A DNA stretch of 64,000 bases, taken from IMG/VR virus record IMGVR_UViG_3300005337_000441, positions 124,001 through 188,000 of that record, one strand, 5' to 3'. The notes beneath the pieces are model-generated. The model did no database searches. It saw nothing but the letters and a program-made list of their open reading frames with translations, and was not told where the DNA came from. Of this stretch, positions 17,951-27,296 are shown piece after piece. A program made the position numbers and the translations under genes. Positions within the stretch are counted from its first letter, which is position 1. Each line of letters opens with the position of its first letter.

Positions 17951-18175
17951 ATGAACATCGCTATCGCACTCCATGTCTTGAGCGTGCCCTTGGCGCTGTG
18001 GGCGGTCTGGATGAACTACAAGAAGTGGCTGGTGGAGGATCGCAATGATCCGGACTTCTTGACCATTGACAGGTGGTTCAGCATCATCTTCTTGGTGCCC
18101 GCATCTTTCGTACCCGTGCTCAACCTCCTCATGGTTTTGTACTGCTACGAGAACAAACGCCTGGTCCGTTTGTAA
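17951..18175 (+). CDS. Small two-TM membrane protein, paralog of 17706
   Basis: Two hydrophobic segments; VPVLN motif. Confidence 0.75.
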   Translation: MNIAIALHVLSVPLALWAVWMNYKKWLVEDRNDPDFLTIDRWFSIIFLVPASFVPVLNLLMVLYCYENKRLVRL

Positions 18176-18241
18176 AGTCATTCAACCACTCATAATTTAG
18201 TTGGCGCCAAGCGCTTAGAGTTTGACAACTAACGAGGTGGT

Positions 18242-18733
18242 ATGAGCGACACATCCAAAAACTGGCTTCATGGCCATCTGGACGAAAGAATGCGCAACAA
18301 GGCTGACGAATACTTCAGAAGCCTTGTCAGTCTGGCGATGATTGGCTTCAACGCAGAGGCGGAACAACTCTTCCCGCGCGTCGTGGCTGCAAACAACGTC
18401 CTGCTGTCCACCAGGAGCAACGTCAAGTCGGCAACGATCGTCATCCCGTCAGCGCAATTCATGGGCGACCGTGCAGACCTGCCTGACAAGCTGCACGTCG
18501 CGGGCGACGAGTACTTCAGCAAGTACATGATCAGTTTCGAGGAAGGTAGAACCCGGCGGTGCTTCTACTATTTCTACGACACCGGCCTGAACGCGATGGC
18601 TCTCATGGTCCTTCCCAAGAAGAAGGAATACCATTTCGAGTTCACCATTTGCGGCACTCCTGAACGAGTGGACGAATACGTCAAGGGCTACGTGGAGATC
18701 TGTCAGCAACTTGGCGTGCGTTTGAACATGTGA
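18242..18733 (+). CDS. Hypothetical protein
   Basis: GAGG RBS; ends at terminator. Confidence 0.75.
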   Translation: MSDTSKNWLHGHLDERMRNKADEYFRSLVSLAMIGFNAEAEQLFPRVVAANNVLLSTRSNVKSATIVIPSAQFMGDRADLPDKLHVAGDEYFSKYMISFEEGRTRRCFYYFYDTGLNAMALMVLPKKKEYHFEFTICGTPERVDEYVKGYVEICQQLGVRLNM

Positions 18734-18740
18734 CGGCATA

Positions 18741-18790
18741 CATCCCAGGGAGCCCGAAAGCTCCCTGGGATGATGTGCTGTTTTTTTTTT
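18741..18790. terminator. Bidirectional terminator
   Basis: CATCCCAGGGAGC-CCGAAA-GCTCCCTGGGATG, T10 run on +. Confidence 0.9.
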
Positions 18791-18793
18791 GCC

Positions 18794-19096
18794 TCAGTGG
18801 CCGGCGTTCTTCTTCATGACGATGCCGAGTTCGAGCTCCGTCGAAGCCACACCGAGCGGCTTGAGTGAGATCTGTTCACGCTTCAGGAGCTTTCCGTCCA
18901 GAGTCTTGGCCGGATCACCCCCGAAGGACGTCATCAGCTCAGTCTTGATGAGCTCTTCAATCTGCTCTTCGGAGTCCGCGCAGATCACCAGGCCGAGGTT
19001 GGCGCCCCAGCACTGACGGCAGTCTACGTCGGTACGCTCCACCAAGTACAAGATCTTGATGGGTGGCAGAGGTTTTTGCGGGAAGGTTTTGTTCAC
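18794..19096 (-). CDS. Hypothetical protein
   Basis: GTGA overlap with upstream stop; AAGGAAG upstream. Confidence 0.6.
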   Translation of the reverse strand: MNKTFPQKPLPPIKILYLVERTDVDCRQCWGANLGLVICADSEEQIEELIKTELMTSFGGDPAKTLDGKLLKREQISLKPLGVASTELELGIVMKKNAGH

Positions 19097-19272
19097 TTTG
19101 CTGCTTCCTTTACAGCCGCCTTCTCCAGCTTGAGACGGGCGCGGCGGCGCTGTTGAGTTTGGCGGTTCTTCGCCTTGAGTTTTTCCCAAGGTGTCAAAAC
19201 ACCAGAGTTTTTGAACAAGTCCGGCGGACCTCCCACCCAGACCGTCTTGATTTCGGGTTTGTCAGATTCCAT
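19093..19272 (-). CDS. Small basic hypothetical protein (MESDKPEIK...)
   Basis: ATG overlaps the polymerase stop region; 59 aa. Confidence 0.5.
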   Translation of the reverse strand: MESDKPEIKTVWVGGPPDLFKNSGVLTPWEKLKAKNRQTQQRRRARLKLEKAAVKEAAK

Positions 19273-21061
19273 CGCGCATGAACTGTTCAAGAAGCTGATC
19301 AGGCTTCGGGAAGTTGAACATCGTCGTGGCGTATTCCAAGGCATTCATCGATCCCAGCAGCAGATTCATGTTCTGATACCGGAACGTCATCTCCTTGACA
19401 CCGATCACGTCGATGATCTCGCGTTTTGTAGAACCCTTGCTCACGTTGGCAACAGTGGTGGCCGTAGGGTAAGCCGACACCTCGTCGCTGTCGTAAACGA
19501 AAGTCCGGATGTTGGTCAGAAGCGAGGGGTCCTCCTTGATCAGAGGCAGACCCAGCACTGACATGTGTGCAGGCAGTGTGACAATCCAGCGCTTCAAGCT
19601 CAGTGTGGAGCGAGCACGCACCGGCGCATCAGCGTTTTCTTCGTCCTCGTTGGTCAGATCTTGCTCGGCCGAGGTGTTCTCTTCTTCTTCCTCGTCGTCC
19701 AGGTCAGCGTCCAAGTCCTCTTCCTTGTCGGAGACGGCTTCGACTTTCTCCTGATAGCCAACCGTGCCCATCACGCAACCCTCTTCGAGTGCGTAGTAGT
19801 GCAGGTTGTCCATGATGCGACGCGGCTGAGACTTGAAGTTGGGGAAGTCCGTCGTTCCAGCAAAGCCAGGCAGCGAGTAGATCAAGTCCTTGGTCTTGTC
19901 GTCAAGCTCCAGCATCGACAAGCAGTCAAAGATGTTGTACACCATGTACTCGATCTTGAACTTGGTCTGCATGAACTTGTGCCACTCCAGCCGCTCCAGG
20001 CCATCGGCCTCGGCGAACTTGAGCTTGCGAATGCCCAGGATCTTCTGCAAGATCCAGTCCAGGCTGTAGGAGGGTTCCTCCTGTTCACCCAGTCGCAAGT
20101 GCTTGTACACGCACATCGAGTCAATGACATAGTAGCTGGCCGTGCAGCGCAGCGTGTGCCATTGAGAGGCCGGATTGATCGGCTTGACCTTGCCGGAGGC
20201 CGTGACCTGCTTGGTCGGACCCGGCATCCACTTGCAGATGCGGTACTCCATCGGCAACGACGGATCGCACAGCACCTCACGGGGATCGATGCCGTACTTC
20301 TCCAACATGGAGATGATCTTCGGGATGTCGAAGGAGATGTTCCAAATGGCCAGCCAGTCAGGCTTCCATTCGTGCACCTTCTTGAAGACCGCCTTGAGCA
20401 TGTCGATGACGTTTTCTGCGATGTGCAGCGTGACCTTCATCTGGTGCTTGTCGACGTACTCCCCGATGTACTTGCTTACCGCGGCGTCCAGGCGAGCTTG
20501 CACATCGTGCAGGCCTTCCAGGAAGCGCTTCTCCACCGAGATGAAGATCTCTTTGCCGAAGATCACCGTGGTCATGAGGATGTCCTCAAACCCCGGATCA
20601 CTCTTGTCGCGGGTCACATCGGACTCCACGTCCAAAATGCAACGGGTGTAGCCTGAGACCATGGTCGGCCACTTGACCATGTACTGGCGTTTGATGAGCG
20701 AAGACGCTGTGATGTCCGCACCGTAGATGTACGGTGAGTTCAGCAGCTTCTTGAGCGGGTCCGGAGACCAGCCCTTGCCGATAGCCCTGGCGATGTCGTC
20801 ACGCAGCTTGGACTGGGTGACTTCCTTTTGCATCACATGGTCAAGGCTTTCCCACTCCTTCTTTTGCTGGTGGTCGCGCTTGCTCTGCTGTGTGATCCAG
20901 TACGGACGCTTGAAATCCTGCACCAAACGCAGGTTGGGTTTCATCGTGCCGTCTTCGTAATGGACCTGTTCCTTGACGACGTGGATATCAGGAGTATCGC
21001 TGTGTCGAGAAGGCACGTGAATCGCAAAGCGACACTCACGTCCTACGATTTTACTTTCCAT
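19262..21061 (-). CDS. Split family-B DNA polymerase, exonuclease plus motif-A subunit (phiKZ gp82-like)
   Basis: ExoI LDVESD, ExoII WNISFD, ExoIII YNIFD, polymerase motif A YDSDEVSAYP near the C-terminus; motifs B and C absent. Confidence 0.88.
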   Translation of the reverse strand: MESKIVGRECRFAIHVPSRHSDTPDIHVVKEQVHYEDGTMKPNLRLVQDFKRPYWITQQSKRDHQQKKEWESLDHVMQKEVTQSKLRDDIARAIGKGWSPDPLKKLLNSPYIYGADITASSLIKRQYMVKWPTMVSGYTRCILDVESDVTRDKSDPGFEDILMTTVIFGKEIFISVEKRFLEGLHDVQARLDAAVSKYIGEYVDKHQMKVTLHIAENVIDMLKAVFKKVHEWKPDWLAIWNISFDIPKIISMLEKYGIDPREVLCDPSLPMEYRICKWMPGPTKQVTASGKVKPINPASQWHTLRCTASYYVIDSMCVYKHLRLGEQEEPSYSLDWILQKILGIRKLKFAEADGLERLEWHKFMQTKFKIEYMVYNIFDCLSMLELDDKTKDLIYSLPGFAGTTDFPNFKSQPRRIMDNLHYYALEEGCVMGTVGYQEKVEAVSDKEEDLDADLDDEEEEENTSAEQDLTNEDEENADAPVRARSTLSLKRWIVTLPAHMSVLGLPLIKEDPSLLTNIRTFVYDSDEVSAYPTATTVANVSKGSTKREIIDVIGVKEMTFRYQNMNLLLGSMNALEYATTMFNFPKPDQLLEQFMRDGI

Positions 21062-21220
21062 GGAGCGATCCAGTAATCAATTGGACACCAGGAGCTCAGC
21101 GTGGGCTCCTGAAGTACGATCATATAGCTTTAAGGGAGAGAAGATGGTTGTCTTCCCTTCCCGATTCAGATGATCTTGCGTTGTGCGAGTTTTTCCAAAG
21201 ACAACCTTAAGGACAGGCAA

Positions 21221-22609
21221 ATGGCCACTTTGCTGCCGCGCATGACCCCCAGAATGCGCAATATCGCCATGGAGTTCCTGGCATTCCAGGAAGGCGACAA
21301 GATCGGCGTTCAGATGGAGGAGCAAGTCTCCAAGATCTTGAACCGGCTCAAGGACGAGCCCAAGATCAAAGACATCGACCTGCCCGACACTCCGGAAGGC
21401 AAGGCGCTCACCAAACTCATCTTTGACCGCTTCGGCATCAAAGTGGACTTCATCTGCGACGAGCATCTGGCGGCCATCATTCCGTTCTACTCGAACCGCA
21501 ATCACATCTTTCTGCACGAGATGCTGCGCGGTGACATCACCAAGCGCGACCAGCAGAAGATCCTGAACCAGTCGCAGACCCAGAAGGGCGTCGTCAACCG
21601 CGAGAAGGTCTACGTCAGCGGCATCTTCTCCGAGTACGAGCACGAGCTCTACATGAACTTCCGGCAACTCGCTGCGATCAATCTGACCGCACCCGAGATC
21701 GTCGCCGTGCTGCTGCACGAGCTGGGCCACGCCTTCAATGCCTGCGAGTACTCCGACCGCATGGAGACCAACAACCAGGTCCTGGCCGATGTGTTCCGTG
21801 AGATGACCCAGTCCAACGACAAGCGCGACATGGTCTACATCTACCGCGAACTCAAGAAGGTCAACAAGGACGTGACCGAAGCCGAAGTCGACACCATCGT
21901 CAACGGCAACCGCGTCATCGCCGGCTACACCTGGTTCAAGGTCATCATCGGCTCCGTGCAAGGTCAGCTGAGCAACCAGACCTACTCGAAGACCTCCTTC
22001 GAAGCGGGTTCGGACATGTTCGCCAACCGCTTCGGCTACGGTCGTCAGATCGTCTCGGCGCTGGACAAACTCAACAAGAGCAGCTTCTGGACGAGCGGCT
22101 CGCACACGCAGATCTGGTTGAGCTACTTCCTGCAGACCATGAGCTTCGTGCTGACCGCACTGATGATCCACAACCGTCTGGCGATGGGTGGCTTCTTCCT
22201 GGCCTTCGGTCTGACGGGATTCGGCGTCATCACGCTCACCCATGCGCTGTGGATGATCTTCATCCTGGTCATGGCCATTCGTGCCAGTGGTGAAGACGTG
22301 CGGGATTTCTCCTACGACGAAATCAAGGTTCGCTACGGTCGTATTCGCAACGACCTGATCGAATTCCTCAAGCGCGCCAAGCTGAGCACGGACCGCACGC
22401 GTGAAGTGGTCGACTCCATCAAGGACATCGACGCCGTCATTCACACGTCCGCCGAAGCGAAGAACCTCTACACCGTGTTGGCCAACGTGATCTTCCCTGG
22501 CGCTCGCGCCGGTGCGAACTCCGTTGCCGAGCAGCAACTGCTGGAGAAGTTGACTTCCAGCGATCTGTTCCTCCATTCGGCTGAACTCCGTTTGGCCGCC
22601 GCCGAGTGA
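21221..22609 (+). CDS. Virion-type membrane protein with M48-like zinc metalloprotease motifs (phiKZ gp83-86 family position)
   Basis: LLHELGH; FEAGSDMFANRFGYG..IVSALDKL; hydrophobic helices; N-terminal AME motif. Confidence 0.7.
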   Translation: MATLLPRMTPRMRNIAMEFLAFQEGDKIGVQMEEQVSKILNRLKDEPKIKDIDLPDTPEGKALTKLIFDRFGIKVDFICDEHLAAIIPFYSNRNHIFLHEMLRGDITKRDQQKILNQSQTQKGVVNREKVYVSGIFSEYEHELYMNFRQLAAINLTAPEIVAVLLHELGHAFNACEYSDRMETNNQVLADVFREMTQSNDKRDMVYIYRELKKVNKDVTEAEVDTIVNGNRVIAGYTWFKVIIGSVQGQLSNQTYSKTSFEAGSDMFANRFGYGRQIVSALDKLNKSSFWTSGSHTQIWLSYFLQTMSFVLTALMIHNRLAMGGFFLAFGLTGFGVITLTHALWMIFILVMAIRASGEDVRDFSYDEIKVRYGRIRNDLIEFLKRAKLSTDRTREVVDSIKDIDAVIHTSAEAKNLYTVLANVIFPGARAGANSVAEQQLLEKLTSSDLFLHSAELRLAAAE

Positions 22610-22632
22610 CCCTTTCTTCCTGACATTCCGAT

Positions 22633-23154
22633 ATGTACAACATCACGAAACTCTCCTCCGAAGCCCAGAGCTTCCTGACCCAGGTGTCGAGCTCGGGTCG
22701 CTCGCGTTCGCCCATGGCCGCCATGGCTCTGGCCCGCTTCATCGCTTCGCGCTTCGCGCTGCCTTCCGCTCCGGTGGAAGACCCCGAGCACTACTACCGC
22801 CTGCAGTGCGAGATCGACGCGCAAAAGTGCGTCAACCTCATCAACGAGCTCACGCCCGTCGACTGCACGCAGGCTCTGGACCTGGCGCGCCGCTTCTACC
22901 AGCTGCGCTACGCCATGCTGTTCCCGCAGCACTACGTGTTCTCTTTCCGTGAAAACCACTACGTCGAAGACTTCTTCGGCATCAACCGCGTCTTCTCGGA
23001 CGACACGATCGAGTTCATCAAGAGCAACGGTGGTGACCTCGCCTACTACTGCAACGGCTTCCGTCGCATGATCGATGACATCGAGTTCGCCGAGAAGCTG
23101 GTCGATCAAGGTCACATCAGCACCATGTCGACCGACGGCGGCGTCGCAGGCTGA
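22633..23154 (+). CDS. Hypothetical protein
   Basis: Strong codon bias within structural operon. Confidence 0.8.
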   Translation: MYNITKLSSEAQSFLTQVSSSGRSRSPMAAMALARFIASRFALPSAPVEDPEHYYRLQCEIDAQKCVNLINELTPVDCTQALDLARRFYQLRYAMLFPQHYVFSFRENHYVEDFFGINRVFSDDTIEFIKSNGGDLAYYCNGFRRMIDDIEFAEKLVDQGHISTMSTDGGVAG

Positions 23155-23170
23155 TCCGCAGGAGCACTTC

Positions 23171-24304
23171 ATGTCTCTCAACGATGGCCAACTCGACGAT
23201 CTGAGCGACAACACGCTTGTCGACAACGTTCAGACCCCGTCGATCATCACTCCCGATCCGGAGAATCCCCTCACGGTGATCCCGGAGAACGACCAGCTGC
23301 GTGGCCAGGCCACCAAGCTCGAAGAAGACTACGAGCAAAAGCTTCCGTCCATGGACGTGACGCTCAAGCTCGTGGAAGGCAACAACGCCAAGCTGATGGA
23401 CCTGGAAGACGTGGACGCCACGCTGCTGGGTGACGGCAAGGTCTCCCAGGACGGCGCCGACACCATCAACGTCGCTGCTGAAGGTCTCTTCGATGGCCCG
23501 ATCACTCGGGCACATTACACGCAGATGCCTTCGAGCCTGAACTTCGGACATGTGAAGAAGCACATGCAAAGCCGCATCGCTCTCGAAAGCGAGCAGCTTG
23601 TGAGCAACTTCAAGGCTCTGGTGACCCTGCCGATCGAGGACGCCAAGTGCGTTCTCGCCGACGTGCAGTCCAACCACATCCCGCATCTGCGCAGCACGAC
23701 CTCCGCGCTGAACCAAGATGCGGTGACGATGCCCGAGAAGCTGATCGGCTGCAACAACCTCTTCGCGCAGTTCGGCAAGGAGTTCATCGATCTGTCCAAG
23801 ATGGATCTGTGCGTGGACCTCACCTCGCTCATGAACGAGAACATCGGCGGCGCGCAGTTCGTGAACCAGCAGCCGCGCTTCGTGCACCTCACCCGTGCAC
23901 TGAAGAGGCTCATGAACGACAAGAAGTTCAAGGCCTTCGTGCTGGGCGTGGCTTCGGGCGTGGCGCCGGAGCGCTGTGAGAATCTGGACAGCTACCTGGA
24001 GTTCACGAACTCCCCGGTGACGATCCGTGATCTCATCAACTTCTACCGCTACACGGGTCTCGTGGACTTCATGGACGACCGCACGAACGTGGCGCAAGCC
24101 ATGATCGGCATCCTGGAGCGAATCCAGGAGAAGGCCAAGACGCTGCAAGACAACCCGCAAGCCATCCGTGAGTACCTCACGGAAGAAGGTGATTCCCTCG
24201 CGCTGGCCGCTCAAAACCACGTGAAGCTCGCCCGCTTCGTGCTGGACATGACCTACCTGAACTTCATCGCTCAGGAACTGTTCGACTTCTTCGAGAAGCA
24301 GTAA
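23171..24304 (+). CDS. Putative internal head protein with acidic propeptide
   Basis: GGAG RBS; acidic N-terminus ending at IALES, a prohead-protease type A-x-E site. Confidence 0.7.
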   Translation: MSLNDGQLDDLSDNTLVDNVQTPSIITPDPENPLTVIPENDQLRGQATKLEEDYEQKLPSMDVTLKLVEGNNAKLMDLEDVDATLLGDGKVSQDGADTINVAAEGLFDGPITRAHYTQMPSSLNFGHVKKHMQSRIALESEQLVSNFKALVTLPIEDAKCVLADVQSNHIPHLRSTTSALNQDAVTMPEKLIGCNNLFAQFGKEFIDLSKMDLCVDLTSLMNENIGGAQFVNQQPRFVHLTRALKRLMNDKKFKAFVLGVASGVAPERCENLDSYLEFTNSPVTIRDLINFYRYTGLVDFMDDRTNVAQAMIGILERIQEKAKTLQDNPQAIREYLTEEGDSLALAAQNHVKLARFVLDMTYLNFIAQELFDFFEKQ

Positions 24305-24312
24305 ACAGCAAA

Positions 24313-24354
24313 AGACCCCCGGGGACCGCGAGGCCTCCGGGGGTCTATGCCGTC
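24313..24354. terminator. Bidirectional terminator
   Basis: AGACCCCCGGGG...CTCCGGGGGTCT then ATGCCGTC. Confidence 0.8.
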
Positions 24355-24358
24355 TTGC

Positions 24359-27289
24359 TTACGGGATACGGTAGAAGTTCACCGTGACGTCTTCCTTGAT
24401 GATCAGGCTTCCGTCGGGTTGCAGGACCAAGATCTTCTTGAGACACAGACGATTTTGTTCGTCTGCGAGACTCAGGATCTTGTAGTTCTTCTCACCACCC
24501 AGGCCACTCATGGCCGTGCTTTCCACGCTATTGCCGTACATCTCGACAAGAGCCAGAGTGATTTCGGTGGTGTTCACGACCGCACCGCTGATGTACTGAT
24601 CCAGCAGTTTGACCGTGTTGTCGTAGAGTTGTTGACGCACCGCAGAGTCGTTGTAGACCTCGGACTTCACGTACAGGTCGATGTTGAGCGACTGCTCCGA
24701 AGGCAGGATGTCCTGACCTTGGTCTTGCGTGAAGACCTTGACCTGACCCAGCGTGGTCTTGGGGTAGAAGAAGATACGGGTCTGTTCCAGCAGCGTCTTC
24801 TGCACACCGGCCACGTCGTCCACGATCCAGGAGTCCAGCACGCCCACGAGCTCTTGGTTGTAAGCCAAGAACGCCGGATCGTCCACGAAGTACTGGCGAC
24901 CGTCCACGAAGAGCATGTCGACTTCCTTGTTGACCGTGAGGTCAGAGACGACGACAGGCTTACCGTTGGCGTCCAACACCACGTCACCCTTCTTGTGCTT
25001 GTAGATCTGGTTACCTTCATTGTCCAGCACCGGGTCACCCGCGCTGTGCAGTTTCAGATAGACGATCTGTTCGTTTTCGATCTTGAAGATCGAGCCAGTC
25101 ACGGGATCGATGTCGTAGACGTCGTCCTCGTAGTACATCGGCACGTCGAACTGGTAGCGTTGGTAATCCTGGCCTGCGGCGAAGGAGCGCGAACGCGTCC
25201 AGAGTGCCTTCAGTGCCAGACCCAGTTGCAGATCCAGCGTCTCATGCGTGTTGGCCACAGCGCCGTCGGGCAGCAAGAACTTGCCCAGCAGTGCGTCTGC
25301 ATCGTCGGGCACGAAGTCCGCATCGATGGAGGTGGTCGCATGGAAGATGTGGAACTGGTGCTCCAGGTTGATCCAGTTGTCGATCGGATCGGTACCGAAC
25401 ATGCTGGCGTTGGTGATCGTCAGGTTGTCGGCCGAGTTCAGGTCGTAGTTGGTCAGGATGTCAAACGTCCACATCCGTTCGTTGGTGGTGGCGTCCGTAC
25501 CAGCCAGCACGCCGTTGATGTAGGCCATGCGCGTCTCACCCACCGGGTAGTAGGCCAGTTGCGCAAAGACGGTGCCATCGTCGAGCTGCTTGTAGTAGTT
25601 GCCCGATGCCGTGATGATCGACAGGCGGTAGCCGCCCGGGATCTTGGCGATCGAGTACGAACCGGTATTGACCGGCAGTTTGAGCGTCTGGTTCTGAGAG
25701 ATAAAGCTCAGATCCGTGGCCAGCGGGTAGTCCAGGTCGTACGCACGCACCGCGAACTCGTTGTCGGAGTCGTCCAGCACGTAGTAGTACGGGCTGTACA
25801 GGTACTTCTTGGAGTTCACCTCCACGACCAGATCGCTCTTGGCCATGGATTTCAGCGCTGCGATTTGAGCCGACGTCAGGATCACAAGGATCCCGTTGTT
25901 GTTCAGGTACAGGTTGGACGACAGGATCGTGCAACGCTCGCCGTTAGAGGCCACCGTGTCCAGCGTTTGCAGGAACGCCATGTTCGTGACGAACGGTGAG
26001 ATGCCGATGTTGGCCGAAGTGGCCAGTTTCTCGTTCATCGGCTTCGGGAGCTTTTGCGTGGCCAAGAAGATACGGTTCGTGATCGTGTCGATGTTCTTCA
26101 CGAGCGTGAAACCGTTGGCTTCGATCTTGGCTTGAGCTTGGGTCGGTGTGATCGGGATGATCTGCGGACCCGTGCTGTGCATGATCACACGCTGGCGCAG
26201 CGTGGCGAAGTCGATGGCGTTGGCACCACCCGTCACCAGGTCTCGGCTGAAGGGGTAGTACGAGATGTCGGCCATGGCAGCCGTGAACTCGTTCAGGTCC
26301 CGTTCTTCGTCCACCGGTTGCAGCAGCAGCTGGAATTCCGACACCTTGTAGTTGGACAGGTTCACCGTGAGGGAACCCTTGGATGTGTAGATGTCGAAAC
26401 GAATCTCACCCGTGAGCACCCCGCTGTCCAGGTAGAGCATCGGGATCGTCACGTTCACGTAACCCGTGAAGACCTTGGCCACCGTGGTCGGCGTGTTCAG
26501 GTCATAGACCTGGTCAGTATGGGTGACGTTGATCTCCACCCACTTGTCGCCAGTGGCGGTGTTGCGGTAGTACGCCCGCATCAAGTAGAACTGATCCGTG
26601 TACTGGATGTCTTGGCTGAAGACCTGCGCGGCCTGCAACGGGTAGTTGGTGGAGGCGATTGCGAACTGGTAGACCGGCACGTCGAAGAAGAGCCAGCCCA
26701 CTTGGCTCGCGTCGTAGCGCACCAGCGGGGTAATGATGTTGCTTTGCAGGTCATCGATCGGAGAGGCGATCGAGGGGTCGTAGCTGATCTGGATCATGCC
26801 GCTTTCGTACTTGCGGATGTCGATCGGATACAGCAGCGTGAAGGTGTATTCACCCACCACGAACTTGGAGTCCCGTGGGAAAGTCGCCTTGTAGCAGCTC
26901 TCCGTGGGATCCCAGACCATCTTGTTTTGCACGTCGGGCAAGTTCATCGAGATCGTGAACACCGCCTTGGAAGGCGATGCAAAACGATTGATGTAGTCCT
27001 TGTCAGACATGTGTCGGTACAGATCCGACTCGGTTTGGGCCAGGTCGGGATACTGCTTAGGCAGGATCGAGAGTGCCTCGTTCACAGCGATGGCCGTGTT
27101 CACGGCGCTCGATTCCAACAGGAACACGAACGGGCTGGTGGGATCCACCACGTTGACAGCACCCTCGGTCACTTCGTCCAGGTAGTCGAGCACGACACGC
27201 TGCAAAGCCGAGGGGTTGTACTTGTAGAGGTCCAGGTTCCCCATGAGGGTCTGGATGGATACGGATTTGGAGGCGACGATATCAGCCAT
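24359..27289 (-). CDS. Large baseplate structural protein (phiKZ gp87-like, T4 gp6/baseplate J-like wedge)
   Basis: 976 aa beta-rich; N-terminal VVDPTSPFVFLLE and TGGANAIDFATLRQRVI resemble baseplate wedge proteins; inferred from recall and synteny. Confidence 0.7.
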   Translation of the reverse strand: MADIVASKSVSIQTLMGNLDLYKYNPSALQRVVLDYLDEVTEGAVNVVDPTSPFVFLLESSAVNTAIAVNEALSILPKQYPDLAQTESDLYRHMSDKDYINRFASPSKAVFTISMNLPDVQNKMVWDPTESCYKATFPRDSKFVVGEYTFTLLYPIDIRKYESGMIQISYDPSIASPIDDLQSNIITPLVRYDASQVGWLFFDVPVYQFAIASTNYPLQAAQVFSQDIQYTDQFYLMRAYYRNTATGDKWVEINVTHTDQVYDLNTPTTVAKVFTGYVNVTIPMLYLDSGVLTGEIRFDIYTSKGSLTVNLSNYKVSEFQLLLQPVDEERDLNEFTAAMADISYYPFSRDLVTGGANAIDFATLRQRVIMHSTGPQIIPITPTQAQAKIEANGFTLVKNIDTITNRIFLATQKLPKPMNEKLATSANIGISPFVTNMAFLQTLDTVASNGERCTILSSNLYLNNNGILVILTSAQIAALKSMAKSDLVVEVNSKKYLYSPYYYVLDDSDNEFAVRAYDLDYPLATDLSFISQNQTLKLPVNTGSYSIAKIPGGYRLSIITASGNYYKQLDDGTVFAQLAYYPVGETRMAYINGVLAGTDATTNERMWTFDILTNYDLNSADNLTITNASMFGTDPIDNWINLEHQFHIFHATTSIDADFVPDDADALLGKFLLPDGAVANTHETLDLQLGLALKALWTRSRSFAAGQDYQRYQFDVPMYYEDDVYDIDPVTGSIFKIENEQIVYLKLHSAGDPVLDNEGNQIYKHKKGDVVLDANGKPVVVSDLTVNKEVDMLFVDGRQYFVDDPAFLAYNQELVGVLDSWIVDDVAGVQKTLLEQTRIFFYPKTTLGQVKVFTQDQGQDILPSEQSLNIDLYVKSEVYNDSAVRQQLYDNTVKLLDQYISGAVVNTTEITLALVEMYGNSVESTAMSGLGGEKNYKILSLADEQNRLCLKKILVLQPDGSLIIKEDVTVNFYRIP

Positions 27290-27296
27290 TTGGGGT

